Source of the DNA: an uncultured Acidimicrobiaceae bacterium
Lineage (GTDB): Bacteria; Actinomycetota; Acidimicrobiia; Acidimicrobiales; CAYSAC01
Direction: 5' to 3'
DNA length: 39,478 bases
Assembly: GCA_964428815.1 (NCBI GenBank)
Contig: CAYSAC010000005.1
Span: 1-39,478 of the forward strand
A program made the translations under genes and the position numbers. The notes under the pieces are model-generated. The model was given only the letters and a program-made list of their open reading frames with translations. It was not told where the DNA came from and searched no databases. Each line of letters opens with the position of its first letter. The stretch's first letter is position 1. Positions 25,161 through 33,526 of the stretch are shown here, piece after piece.

Positions 25161-26951
25161 ATGTCCAAGTCGTGGGCCGGGGGCAGCACCCGTAGTTGGC
25201 GCCGCACACGTGCCGCTGTCCTCGCCCGCGACGGCTACAAGTGCAAGCTCCGCATCCCAGGCGTATGCATCGGCGCCGCACCACTCCACGCCACCGGCGA
25301 CACACCAGCCGGCCACTGCCACCACGTCAACGGCAAAGCCAACGGCGACGGCGCCCTCGCCACCGCTTGCGCACCGTGCAACATGCACGTCGGCGACCCC
25401 ACGCGTTTTCCCCACCGGGGGACCCCACGGACACCCGCTGTATCTGTCCAAAATCTCTCCCCGTCATCGACCGGTGATCTGGTGGTCCGGGCCGAACTGG
25501 CCTGGGATCCGGAGCGGTTGGCGGCCTGGGAGTGGCTGGTGCCGTTCCTGGAGGTCCCGGAGGACGCTGCGCCGCCGTTGGCGATGTCGCTGCCGCCGGA
25601 GGACGCTGTGGGGTCGTACGGGGCGGAGGCGGTCGCCTGGATCGAGGAGACGCAGCGGATCCGGCTGCGGTGGTGGCAGGCGTTGGCGGTCACCCGTCAG
25701 CTCGAGTACCGGGCGGGTGGGTCGCTGTGTGCCCGGGTGGTGGTGGAGTCGGCGCCGCGCCGGGCCGGGAAGTCGGTGCGGGTGCGTGGGTTGACGCTGT
25801 GGCGGATGGCTCACGCCGACCTGTTCGGTGAGGTCCAGCTCGCCGTCCACACTGGCTCCAACGTGGCGATCTGCCGTGAGATCCAGCGGGGTGCGTGGCG
25901 GTGGGCCGAGGATGTCGCCGGGTGGACCGTGTCGCGCAGCAACGGGAAGGAGGCGGTGGAGACGCCGACGGGGGACCGGTGGCTGGTCCGGGCTACGTCA
26001 GCGGTGTACGGCTACGACGTGACGTTGGGGATCGTGGACGAGGCGTGGGACGTCTCCCCGGACACGGTCAGCGAGGGCCTGGAGCCGGCGACCCTGGAGC
26101 GCTCGTCTCCGCAGCTGCACCTGACCTCCACGGCGCACCGGCGGGCCACCAGCCTCATGCGGGCCCGGTTGCAGACGGCGATGGGGGCGGAGGACCCGGA
26201 CACGTTGCTGTTGCTGTGGGCGGCGCCAGCCGGGGCCGACCCGGGCGATCCGGAGGTGTGGCGGGCCGCGTCGCCGCACTGGTCGGAAGACCGGTGCCGG
26301 ATGATCGCGGACAAGTACGCGAAGGCGCTGGCCGGCGAGGCTGACCCGCAGGCCGATGACCCGGACCCGATGGCCGGGTTCACTGCTCAGTACCTCAACC
26401 GCTGGCAGCTGCGCCCGGTGGTGGTCAACCGAGGGGACCCGGCCGTGTCGCCGGTGGCGTGGGCGGCGCTGGTGGTCGACCGTCCCGAGGGTCCGCCGGC
26501 GGCGGCTGCGGTCGAGTCGTGGTTCGCCGATGGTGTGGCGCTGGCGCTGGCGTGGCGGTCAGGCGGTCACGTGGTGGTGACGGTGCAGGATCTGGCGGAC
26601 CTGTCGCAGGTCCGTGGCGCGTTGAAGGAGGCCGGGTTCCGTGGGCGGGCGAAGGTCGGTGCGAGCCTGTTGGAGGACCCGTCGATGGTCGGTGTGCGTG
26701 CGACGAAGGGGCAGGGGCGTACGGGTGCGGCCGTGGCCGAGCTGCGCCGGCTGCTCGACGAGGGCGTGTTCCGGCATGACGGGAGCGAGCTGCTGACCGA
26801 GCAGGTGCTCGCGGCGCGTACGACGCCGGGTGCGGATGGGCCGCGGATGGTGTCGACGGGTGCGGCCGACGCGATCAAGGCGGCGGTGTGGTCGGCGACG
26901 GAGTGTCGGCGTCCGTCGGTGGGGAAACCGAGGCTCGTCGTAGCGCCCTGA
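25161..26951 (+). CDS. terL: Packaging HNH endonuclease fused in frame to terminase large subunit
   Basis: WRRTRAAVLARDGYKC...HCHH...ACAPCN; LRWWQ, APRRAGKS Walker A, IVDEAW Walker B, STA, WRAASPHW, FTAQYLNRW. Confidence 0.85.
   Translation: MSKSWAGGSTRSWRRTRAAVLARDGYKCKLRIPGVCIGAAPLHATGDTPAGHCHHVNGKANGDGALATACAPCNMHVGDPTRFPHRGTPRTPAVSVQNLSPSSTGDLVVRAELAWDPERLAAWEWLVPFLEVPEDAAPPLAMSLPPEDAVGSYGAEAVAWIEETQRIRLRWWQALAVTRQLEYRAGGSLCARVVVESAPRRAGKSVRVRGLTLWRMAHADLFGEVQLAVHTGSNVAICREIQRGAWRWAEDVAGWTVSRSNGKEAVETPTGDRWLVRATSAVYGYDVTLGIVDEAWDVSPDTVSEGLEPATLERSSPQLHLTSTAHRRATSLMRARLQTAMGAEDPDTLLLLWAAPAGADPGDPEVWRAASPHWSEDRCRMIADKYAKALAGEADPQADDPDPMAGFTAQYLNRWQLRPVVVNRGDPAVSPVAWAALVVDRPEGPPAAAAVESWFADGVALALAWRSGGHVVVTVQDLADLSQVRGALKEAGFRGRAKVGASLLEDPSMVGVRATKGQGRTGAAVAELRRLLDEGVFRHDGSELLTEQVLAARTTPGADGPRMVSTGAADAIKAAVWSATECRRPSVGKPRLVVAP
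25404..25465. other. Candidate cos region
   Basis: Lies between HNH and TerL domains; TTTT...GGACACCCG...TCTCTCCCCG; strand composition flips from C/A-rich to G/T-rich here. Confidence 0.45.
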
Positions 26952-26979
26952 CGAGCGGACATCCGACCTTCGGAACCGG

Positions 26980-26992
26980 TACCATCCGGTTT
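26980..26992 (+). promoter_or_regulatory. Putative -10 element for leaderless head-operon mRNA
   Basis: TACCAT, 7 nt, GTG 26993. Confidence 0.5.
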
Positions 26993-29900
26993 GTGCGTTG
27001 GCCGTGGTCCCGTAAGCAGCGGGTGAACTTCGACAGTGCGCCGCGGCCGCTCGACCTGATGTTCGCCGAGATGTTGCGCTCGTCGGGCACGAGCGTCAGC
27101 CGTGGCGAGGCGCTGTCCGTCCCCGCGGTCCGGCGGGGACGGAACGAGATCTGCTCGGTGGCGACGATGCCGCTAGAGCAGTTGGCGCCCGACAACACGG
27201 TCACCCCGTCAGCGCTGCTCCGCCAGATCGACCCCGACGTACCCAACGTCGTGATGTTGTCCCAGACGATCGAGGACCTGCTGTTCGAGGCGATCTCGTG
27301 GTGGCTGGTCACGTCGACGGACCTGGCCGGGTTCCCGGCCGCTGCCCGCCACTTGGACGTGTCGAATGTGAGCCTCACCCCACCGAAGGGCCAGAACCCG
27401 TCGCCGTTGCCGTCAGGGGAGGACCCGCGGGGTGCGGTGGTGTGGGTGGACGGCCAGCCGGTGGGGGCGTCGCGGATCATCCGGTTCGATTCGCCGAACC
27501 CGGCGGTGCTGCGGCACGCGGGCCGGGAGATCCGCCGGGCGATCCTGCTCGACAAGGTCGCCGGCATGTACGCCGACGACCCGAGGCCGTTGGACTACTT
27601 CTCGCCCGCCGACGGCGCCGACGAGGCCGACGACGACGACGTCGAGCAGATCTTGGCGAAGTGGAAGGCGCAACGGAAGCGTGGGTCGACCGCGTACGTG
27701 CCGCTGGCGTTGAAGTACAACACGGTCGACACGCCGTCGCCGCAGCAGTTGCAGTTGGCCGAGCTGTCGAGGCAGGCGTCGCTCGACATCGCCAACTCGT
27801 TGGGGATCGACCCCGAAGACCTCGGGATCTCGACCACGAGCCGCACGTACAGCAATGACGTCGACCGGCGCCGCAACAAGCTGAACGAGGTGCTGGGTCC
27901 GTACATGCGCGGCATCACCGACCGCTTGTCGATGGGTGACGTGACCCGCCCGGGTTTCACGGTCCGGTTCAACACGACCGAGTACCTGATGCCCAACCCC
28001 GGCGAGCGGTGGCAGATCTACAGCAGCCCCCGTGGCCAGACCGTGATCACCGACGCCGAGATCCGCCAGGCCGAGGGCATGGCACCGGCAGCCGAGGTCG
28101 ACGCCCCAGTCGCCCCGGCGCCCGCCGTCGAGGAGGAGCCTGTGACCCCGCTCGCGGCTGGCCGTCTGGCCGCCCATACGTTCGACGGGCCGAGCCTGAC
28201 GTTCGCCGACCTGCCTCTCACCTCGTTCTCGGTCGACAGCGCGAACCGCATCATCGAGGGCGTGGCCCTGCCCTACGGCAAGGTCGGCACCAAGGGCGGC
28301 ATGCGCTTCCGGTTCCAGAAGGGCGCCCTCCAGTTCGCCGACACCGGCCGCGTGAAGCTTGTGTTCCCCAACCACCCGGGCGACCCCGGCTCGACCTCGA
28401 GCGGCATCGGCAAGGCCATCCTGCTCAAGGACACGGCCGCCGGGTTCGTGGCCCGGTTCAAGGTTGCCCGGGGTGACGCCGGGGACCGGGCGCTGTCCCT
28501 GGCCGAGGACGGCGTCTACGACGGGTTGAGCGTCGGCGTGGACTTCGACATGGCGACCGACACCGGCCTCGACCCCCGTGACCGCTCCGTGATGCTCGTG
28601 CATCGAGCGGACCTCCGTCACGTCGCCCTGACCGACGCTCCCGTTTTCGATGATGCCCGCGTAACCAAGGTGGCCGCGAGCCGCAACCAAGGAGGCCACG
28701 TGGCCGAGACCGAAGCCCCCGAGCAGCCCACCGAGCCGCCGCCTGTGGTTCCCGCACCCGCCCCCACCCCGGCGCCCGACCCCGAGCCGGAGCCGACGGG
28801 CCTGAACCTCAGCCAGGACCAACTCGCTGCTGTCCTGGCTGTGCCGGGCGCCTTCCAGGCGATCACCCACCAGCCCGCTCCGACGGAGCCTGCCGCCGCC
28901 GCGACCCTGAACCTGTCGATGGACCAGATCGGCCAGCTCATGAGCCTTGCTCGGGCCAACTCGGACGCCGTCGGCACCCCCGTCACGGCCCCCGTGGTCG
29001 AGGGGCCGACGGTGGTCGATCCGACCCGGTCCCTGAACCTGGCCGTCACCGAGGCCGTCCCCTATCGGTTCGACCGGGGCGGCAACTTCGTGCCCGGCCA
29101 GGAACACGACTTCTCGACGGACCTCCACGCGATGGCGGGGTTCTCTGACGTGCTCGGCGACTCCGACCCTGGCAAGCGGGTCATGGCCCTGCTGCGGGCC
29201 ACGTTCGCCGACGTGGACGTCGCCGACACCACGTCGCTGAACCCGGCGATCCAGCGGCCCGACATGTACGTCGACCAGCGGGACTTCCGGTACCCGATCT
29301 GGGAGTCGATCTCCAAGGGCCCGCCCCCCAACGGGGTGCAGCCGTTCATCTTCCCGAAGTTCTCCAGCGCCACGGGCCTCGTCGGCGCCCACACCGAGGG
29401 CGTCGAGCCGACTGGCGGGACGTTCGTGGCCACCAACCAGACGGTCACCCCGACCGCCGTCTCGGGCAAGGCGTCGATCACCCGCGAGGTGTGGGACCAG
29501 GGCGGCAACCCGGCTGTGTCCACGCTCATCTTCAACCAGATGGTGCGGGGCTACCGGGAGGCACTGGAGAGCGGGTCGGGCACGTTCCTCAACACCCTGA
29601 CCGCCGCCGCCGACATCAACCTCGGTGTCGCCGTGTTCGACGAGGTCCTGGCCGCGGCGTGGGACATCGCCATCGCCGACCTCCAGTTCGTGCGGGGCTA
29701 CGACTTCGAGATGTTCGCCGTGGAGCAGCGCCTCTACCGGGCGTTCGTGGACGCCACCGCGACCGACGGCCGCAAGATCTACCCGCAGCTCAACCCGACC
29801 AACGCGACGGGCACCTCGTCCCGCCGGTTCTCCCGCCTCGACCTGGCCGGTGTGGTCGGTGTCCCCGCCTGGGGCCTGACGGCCACGCCGGGCGCCGCGA

Positions 29901-30103
29901 ACAACAGCTGGCTGTTCGACCCGATGGTCGTGCATGGCTGGGCGACCGAGCCGCAGCGCCTCGAGTTCCCCGGTTCGGGCGGCGTCGCCGCCGGCCCCGA
30001 CTACAAGCCCGTCGCGTACGTCGACCTCGCCATCTGGGGTTACCAGGCGTTCGCCAACTCCGACATCGGCGGCGTGCGCCAAGTGATTTTCGACGATGCC
30101 TGA
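26993..30103 (+). CDS. Portal - prohead protease - scaffold - major capsid polyprotein (~1036 aa)
   Basis: Portal: ALSVPAVRRGRNEIC, IANSLGID, TYSN, EIRQAEG. Protease: IEGVALPYG, NH, DGLSVG, PVFDDARV. HK97-fold MCP: EGVEP, SITREVWDQGGNP, YQAF. No stop codons between domains. Confidence 0.88.
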   Translation: MRWPWSRKQRVNFDSAPRPLDLMFAEMLRSSGTSVSRGEALSVPAVRRGRNEICSVATMPLEQLAPDNTVTPSALLRQIDPDVPNVVMLSQTIEDLLFEAISWWLVTSTDLAGFPAAARHLDVSNVSLTPPKGQNPSPLPSGEDPRGAVVWVDGQPVGASRIIRFDSPNPAVLRHAGREIRRAILLDKVAGMYADDPRPLDYFSPADGADEADDDDVEQILAKWKAQRKRGSTAYVPLALKYNTVDTPSPQQLQLAELSRQASLDIANSLGIDPEDLGISTTSRTYSNDVDRRRNKLNEVLGPYMRGITDRLSMGDVTRPGFTVRFNTTEYLMPNPGERWQIYSSPRGQTVITDAEIRQAEGMAPAAEVDAPVAPAPAVEEEPVTPLAAGRLAAHTFDGPSLTFADLPLTSFSVDSANRIIEGVALPYGKVGTKGGMRFRFQKGALQFADTGRVKLVFPNHPGDPGSTSSGIGKAILLKDTAAGFVARFKVARGDAGDRALSLAEDGVYDGLSVGVDFDMATDTGLDPRDRSVMLVHRADLRHVALTDAPVFDDARVTKVAASRNQGGHVAETEAPEQPTEPPPVVPAPAPTPAPDPEPEPTGLNLSQDQLAAVLAVPGAFQAITHQPAPTEPAAAATLNLSMDQIGQLMSLARANSDAVGTPVTAPVVEGPTVVDPTRSLNLAVTEAVPYRFDRGGNFVPGQEHDFSTDLHAMAGFSDVLGDSDPGKRVMALLRATFADVDVADTTSLNPAIQRPDMYVDQRDFRYPIWESISKGPPPNGVQPFIFPKFSSATGLVGAHTEGVEPTGGTFVATNQTVTPTAVSGKASITREVWDQGGNPAVSTLIFNQMVRGYREALESGSGTFLNTLTAAADINLGVAVFDEVLAAAWDIAIADLQFVRGYDFEMFAVEQRLYRAFVDATATDGRKIYPQLNPTNATGTSSRRFSRLDLAGVVGVPAWGLTATPGAANNSWLFDPMVVHGWATEPQRLEFPGSGGVAAGPDYKPVAYVDLAIWGYQAFANSDIGGVRQVIFDDA
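28130..28144 (+). promoter_or_regulatory. Internal in-frame start site before protease domain
   Basis: GAGGAGGAG then GTG at 28142, in frame. Confidence 0.5.
28689..28702 (+). promoter_or_regulatory. Internal in-frame start site before scaffold-capsid domain
   Basis: AAGGAGG then GTG at 28700, in frame. Confidence 0.65.
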
Positions 30104-30500
30104 TCTCACCCAAGCCTGCTGGCTGTGGGCTGGTGCCAAGTCGGTCGATGGCTACGGCCAGAAGCACGCCAACGGCGCAACGGTCTCCGTTCACACCGAG
30201 TCGTACAAGGCGCACGTGGGTCCCATCCCCGATGGGCTGGAGATCGACCACCTGTGCCGCGTGCGTGCTTGCTACAACCCGGCGCACCTGGAGACCGTCA
30301 CGCACGCCGAGAACATGCGGCGGGCCAACCTCGTCCGCACCTACGAGCGTGGCGACGTCTGCGTGCACGGCCATCAGAAGGACGGTGTTCGTAGCGACGC
30401 CGGCAGCCGTGGCGGATCTCGCCGGTACTGCAAGACGTGCGAGCGCACCCGTGCCCGCCGCCGGCGAGCCACCGCCGCCTACGCCCTGAACGGAGCCTGA
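30096..30500 (+). CDS. HNH homing-type endonuclease directly after the capsid ORF
   Basis: CWLW...DGYG...VGPIPDGLEIDHLCRVRACYNPAHLETVTHAENMRR, CVHGH, CKTC. Confidence 0.9.
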   Translation: MPDLTQACWLWAGAKSVDGYGQKHANGATVSVHTESYKAHVGPIPDGLEIDHLCRVRACYNPAHLETVTHAENMRRANLVRTYERGDVCVHGHQKDGVRSDAGSRGGSRRYCKTCERTRARRRRATAAYALNGA

Positions 30501-30503
30501 TCC

Positions 30504-30863
30504 ATGGCCATCCAAGCCCTCTACGCGAGCGCCGCCCGTACAGCGACGCCCACAGCGGTCACGATCAACACGCGGCGGGCCAAGGGCCTGCTCATCGTCT
30601 TCGACGTCACCGCCGTGACGTCGACGCCGTCGACGGTGCCCACCATCGAAGGGTTCGACTCCCTGTCGAACGCCTACTTCCCGATCCTCACCGGCGCCGC
30701 TGTGGCGACCGCGGTGCGGACCGTGTACCGGGTCGGGATCGGTCTCACCGCGGTCGCGAACCTCACGATCGCCGACTACCTGGCCGACCAGGTGCGGGTG
30801 ACCATGACCCACGGCAACGCCAACTCGATGACCTACTCGGTCTCCGCCCACCTCCTGGACTGA
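30504..30863 (+). CDS. Putative virion (head-associated) beta-rich protein
   Basis: Position in head module; Ala/Thr/Val-rich. Confidence 0.65.
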   Translation: MAIQALYASAARTATPTAVTINTRRAKGLLIVFDVTAVTSTPSTVPTIEGFDSLSNAYFPILTGAAVATAVRTVYRVGIGLTAVANLTIADYLADQVRVTMTHGNANSMTYSVSAHLLD

Positions 30864-30872
30864 GGACACCAC

Positions 30873-31250
30873 ATGCCTGATACCGAGATCATGATCGCCC
30901 GGTCCGACGCGACCGTCACCGTCGACGGCGCCGAGGTGGTCGTCCGCAAGGGTGAGAGCACCGCTTTCGCCGACAGCCGGATCGTGCGCGACAACCCCGA
31001 CCTGTGGACCCTGTTCGAGGCCCACCACGAGGACGACGCGGACCCCGACGAGACCGTCGAGGCCGGCGACAGCGAGGGGCACACCGTGTCGACGGGCGAC
31101 GTCACCTCGCTGACCACCGACCCCGTCGCCCACACCGAGCCCTCCCCGGCCGACGTCCGCGCCTGGGCCCGCACCGAGGGCATCAACGTCCCCGCCCGCG
31201 GCCCCATCCCCGACGCCGTCGTGGCGCGCTACAAGGCCGCCCAGGAGTAG
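30873..31250 (+). CDS. Head-module protein with C-terminal Lsr2-like DNA-binding domain
   Basis: ADVRAWARTEGINVPARGPIPDAVVARYKAA. Confidence 0.8.
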   Translation: MPDTEIMIARSDATVTVDGAEVVVRKGESTAFADSRIVRDNPDLWTLFEAHHEDDADPDETVEAGDSEGHTVSTGDVTSLTTDPVAHTEPSPADVRAWARTEGINVPARGPIPDAVVARYKAAQE

Positions 31251-31252
31251 CA

Positions 31253-31849
31253 GTGGGGTGGGCCCCGGACTATGCGACGTCGACCGAGCTCGGCGGGTAC
31301 CTCCGCATCGACGACCTCGACGACGACGTAGAGGCGGCCCTTGCCGTGGCCGCGGCCAGCCGGGCGATCGACGACCACACCAACCGCCAGTTCGGTCTGC
31401 TCGACGCGCCTGAGGCCCGGTTGTACACCGCCCGCTACGACTACGATCGCCGGACCTGGGTCGTGGATGTCGACGACTTCCAGACCGACACCGGGCTGGT
31501 GGTCACGGTCGACGGCGACCCGGTGGCGACGTTCGACCTCGAACCCATCAACGCGGCGGGCAAGGGGCGCCCGTGGACACGGATCGGGTTCACGGCCGGA
31601 TCCGAGGTGACGCCGACGGGGTGCCGGCATGAGGTCTCGGCCACGGCCCGGTGGGGCTGGACCGAGTTCCCGCTGCCGGTGGCGCAGGCCACACTGCTGC
31701 AGGGCGCCCGGTTCTTTCAGCGCCGCGGTGCCCCGTTCGGGGTCGCCGGATCCCCCGAGATGGGATCCGAGCTGCGGCTGCTGTCGAAGGTCGACCCCGA
31801 TGTCGCGGTGATGCTCCGCGGCTGGGGTCGGCCGAGGGCGTCCGGCTGA
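31253..31849 (+). CDS. Head-to-tail adaptor
   Basis: YATSTEL...AASRAID...RQF, ARWGW..P.PV.QATL, DPDV. Confidence 0.85.
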   Translation: MGWAPDYATSTELGGYLRIDDLDDDVEAALAVAAASRAIDDHTNRQFGLLDAPEARLYTARYDYDRRTWVVDVDDFQTDTGLVVTVDGDPVATFDLEPINAAGKGRPWTRIGFTAGSEVTPTGCRHEVSATARWGWTEFPLPVAQATLLQGARFFQRRGAPFGVAGSPEMGSELRLLSKVDPDVAVMLRGWGRPRASG

Positions 31850-32253
31850 TGGACCTGGCCGACGTCATGGATCAGGTCGGCGACCAGCTCGACACGATCG
31901 ACGGGCTCCGGGTGTCCCGGTTCCCGCCCGACCAGGTGATCCCGCCGGCCGCGGTGGTGACCTACCCCGAGGACCTCACCTTCGACGCCACCTACCAGCG
32001 GGGCGCCGACACGATGCTGCTGCCCGTGATCGTGGTGGTCGGCAAGGTGTCGGACCGTGCGTCACGCGACCAGCTGGCCAAGTACTGCGCAGGCTCGGGC
32101 CCGGAGTCGGTCAAGGCCGTGGTCGAGGCCGGGACGTACACGGCGTTCGACAGCGCCCGGGTGCAGTCCGCCGAGTTCGACATCCTCAAGATCGCCGGTG
32201 TCGAGTACGTCGGCGCCACCTTCACGCTCGACATCACAGGGAACGGAGCCTGA
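31849..32253 (+). CDS. Tail terminator/completion protein
   Basis: Position; L.TIDGLRV...PD...PPAAVV. Confidence 0.7.
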   Translation: MDLADVMDQVGDQLDTIDGLRVSRFPPDQVIPPAAVVTYPEDLTFDATYQRGADTMLLPVIVVVGKVSDRASRDQLAKYCAGSGPESVKAVVEAGTYTAFDSARVQSAEFDILKIAGVEYVGATFTLDITGNGA

Positions 32254-32255
32254 CC

Positions 32256-32591
32256 ATGGCCGCACTCGCGGCAATCACCCCGGCGAACACCGGCACCCTC
32301 TCGACGGGGTCTGCGGTCGCCGCCTCGGACACGATCTCGCTCGCGGTCATGGGTCAAGCGGGCTGCCATCTGGAGATCATCAACGGGAACGCCTCCCCGG
32401 ACTCGATGACGATCTCCGACGCTGGGTCGTCGCCGGCCGGGAACGTGGTCGGCACCATCGCCGGGTCGGTCACCAACGCCACATCGAAGGTGTTCTTCAT
32501 CCCTCGGACCGCCGCCGCTGTCGCCACCGGGCTCGTGACCGTGACGCACTCGTTCATCACCACCGTGACCTACAAGCTGTACCCGGTCTGA
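32256..32591 (+). CDS. Putative small virion protein
   Basis: GGAG SD; beta-rich; precedes major tail gene. Confidence 0.65.
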   Translation: MAALAAITPANTGTLSTGSAVAASDTISLAVMGQAGCHLEIINGNASPDSMTISDAGSSPAGNVVGTIAGSVTNATSKVFFIPRTAAAVATGLVTVTHSFITTVTYKLYPV

Positions 32592-32610
32592 GCACGAGGA
32601 GCGTCCGGAC

Positions 32611-33012
32611 ATGCCCTTCATCCACGGCAAGGGGTCGGCCCTCTCTCTGGGCGGCAGCGACCTGAGCGCCTACAGCAACAGCACCGAGTGGGGCCGCAAG
32701 GCCGACAGCCACGACGTCACCACCTACGGGAAGAACTCGCACGTCAAGCAGGGCGGGCTGCTTGACGGCTCCGTGTCGGTCGAGGGCATGTACGACTCCA
32801 GCCTGACCGTCGGCCCCCGCGCGGTGATCAACCCGAAGATCGGGACCGTCGTGGCGTTCGTGTGGCGCCCCGAGGGCGCCGGCGCCGGCAAGCCCCAGGA
32901 CACCGTGCAGGTCCTCGTCGCTGGCTACACCGAGACGAGCCCGGTGGCCGACTACGTCAAATGGAAGATCGAACTGGAGATGTCCGACGACGTCGCCACG
33001 GTCACGCAATAG
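32611..33012 (+). CDS. Major tail (tube) protein
   Basis: HGK, DVTTYG, GGLLDGSVSVEG.YD, PEG...GKP; position. Confidence 0.8.
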   Translation: MPFIHGKGSALSLGGSDLSAYSNSTEWGRKADSHDVTTYGKNSHVKQGGLLDGSVSVEGMYDSSLTVGPRAVINPKIGTVVAFVWRPEGAGAGKPQDTVQVLVAGYTETSPVADYVKWKIELEMSDDVATVTQ

Positions 33013-33030
33013 CCCCTGAGGGAGGACGTC

Positions 33031-33432
33031 ATGGACACCGACGGGTACGTCGACAAGGAGGACGTGAGTGCCGACGTTGTCGGCGAGGACGACGTCAAGG
33101 TCGAGGGGCTCGGCAAGTTCCGGGTCCGCGGCCTATCCCGGACCGAGGCGATGCGTGTGCGTGGTACCGCCGACCTACTCACGATGGAGCGCCGCCTTCT
33201 GGCCGCCGGGCTGGTGATCCCCGAGATGACCGAGGCCGAGGTCAAGATCTGGCAGGACCGTGGCGCCGCCGGCCGCTTCGAGCCCCTCACCCTCAGGATC
33301 ACGCAGCTGTCGGGCATGGACGACGAGGCGGCCAAGGAGGCGTACCGGCAGTTCGAGGAGAACGCCGACGCCGAGTTTCGAGTTCTACCTGGCGACGAAG
33401 CTGGGGATGACGGTGGCCCAGCTGAGAGCTGA
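33031..33432 (+). CDS. Tail assembly chaperone (G-like)
   Basis: GGAGG SD; VRGLSR.E, I..LSGM; position. Confidence 0.8.
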   Translation: MDTDGYVDKEDVSADVVGEDDVKVEGLGKFRVRGLSRTEAMRVRGTADLLTMERRLLAAGLVIPEMTEAEVKIWQDRGAAGRFEPLTLRITQLSGMDDEAAKEAYRQFEENADAEFRVLPGDEAGDDGGPAES

Positions 33433-33526
33433 GCTCACCCAGGACGAGTACATGCGGTGGGGCGTCTACTACGGGCGGCTCGCTCAGCGCGAGCAGTTGG
33501 CCGCGCCTGGGGGCCCCGGTGGCTAG
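33377..33526 (+). CDS. Tail assembly chaperone frameshift extension (T-like)
   Basis: +1 frame FEFYLATKLGMTVAQL...E...W..YY; no own start; TTT_CGA at 33376-33381. Confidence 0.7.
   Translation, partial: FEFYLATKLGMTVAQLRAELTQDEYMRWGVYYGRLAQREQLAAPGGPGG

Noticed and set aside
27413-30139. 908-aa antisense ORF (also 36960-38564, 29790-31133, 35138-36664)
   Set aside because: Shadow frames of high-GC sense genes with no motifs.
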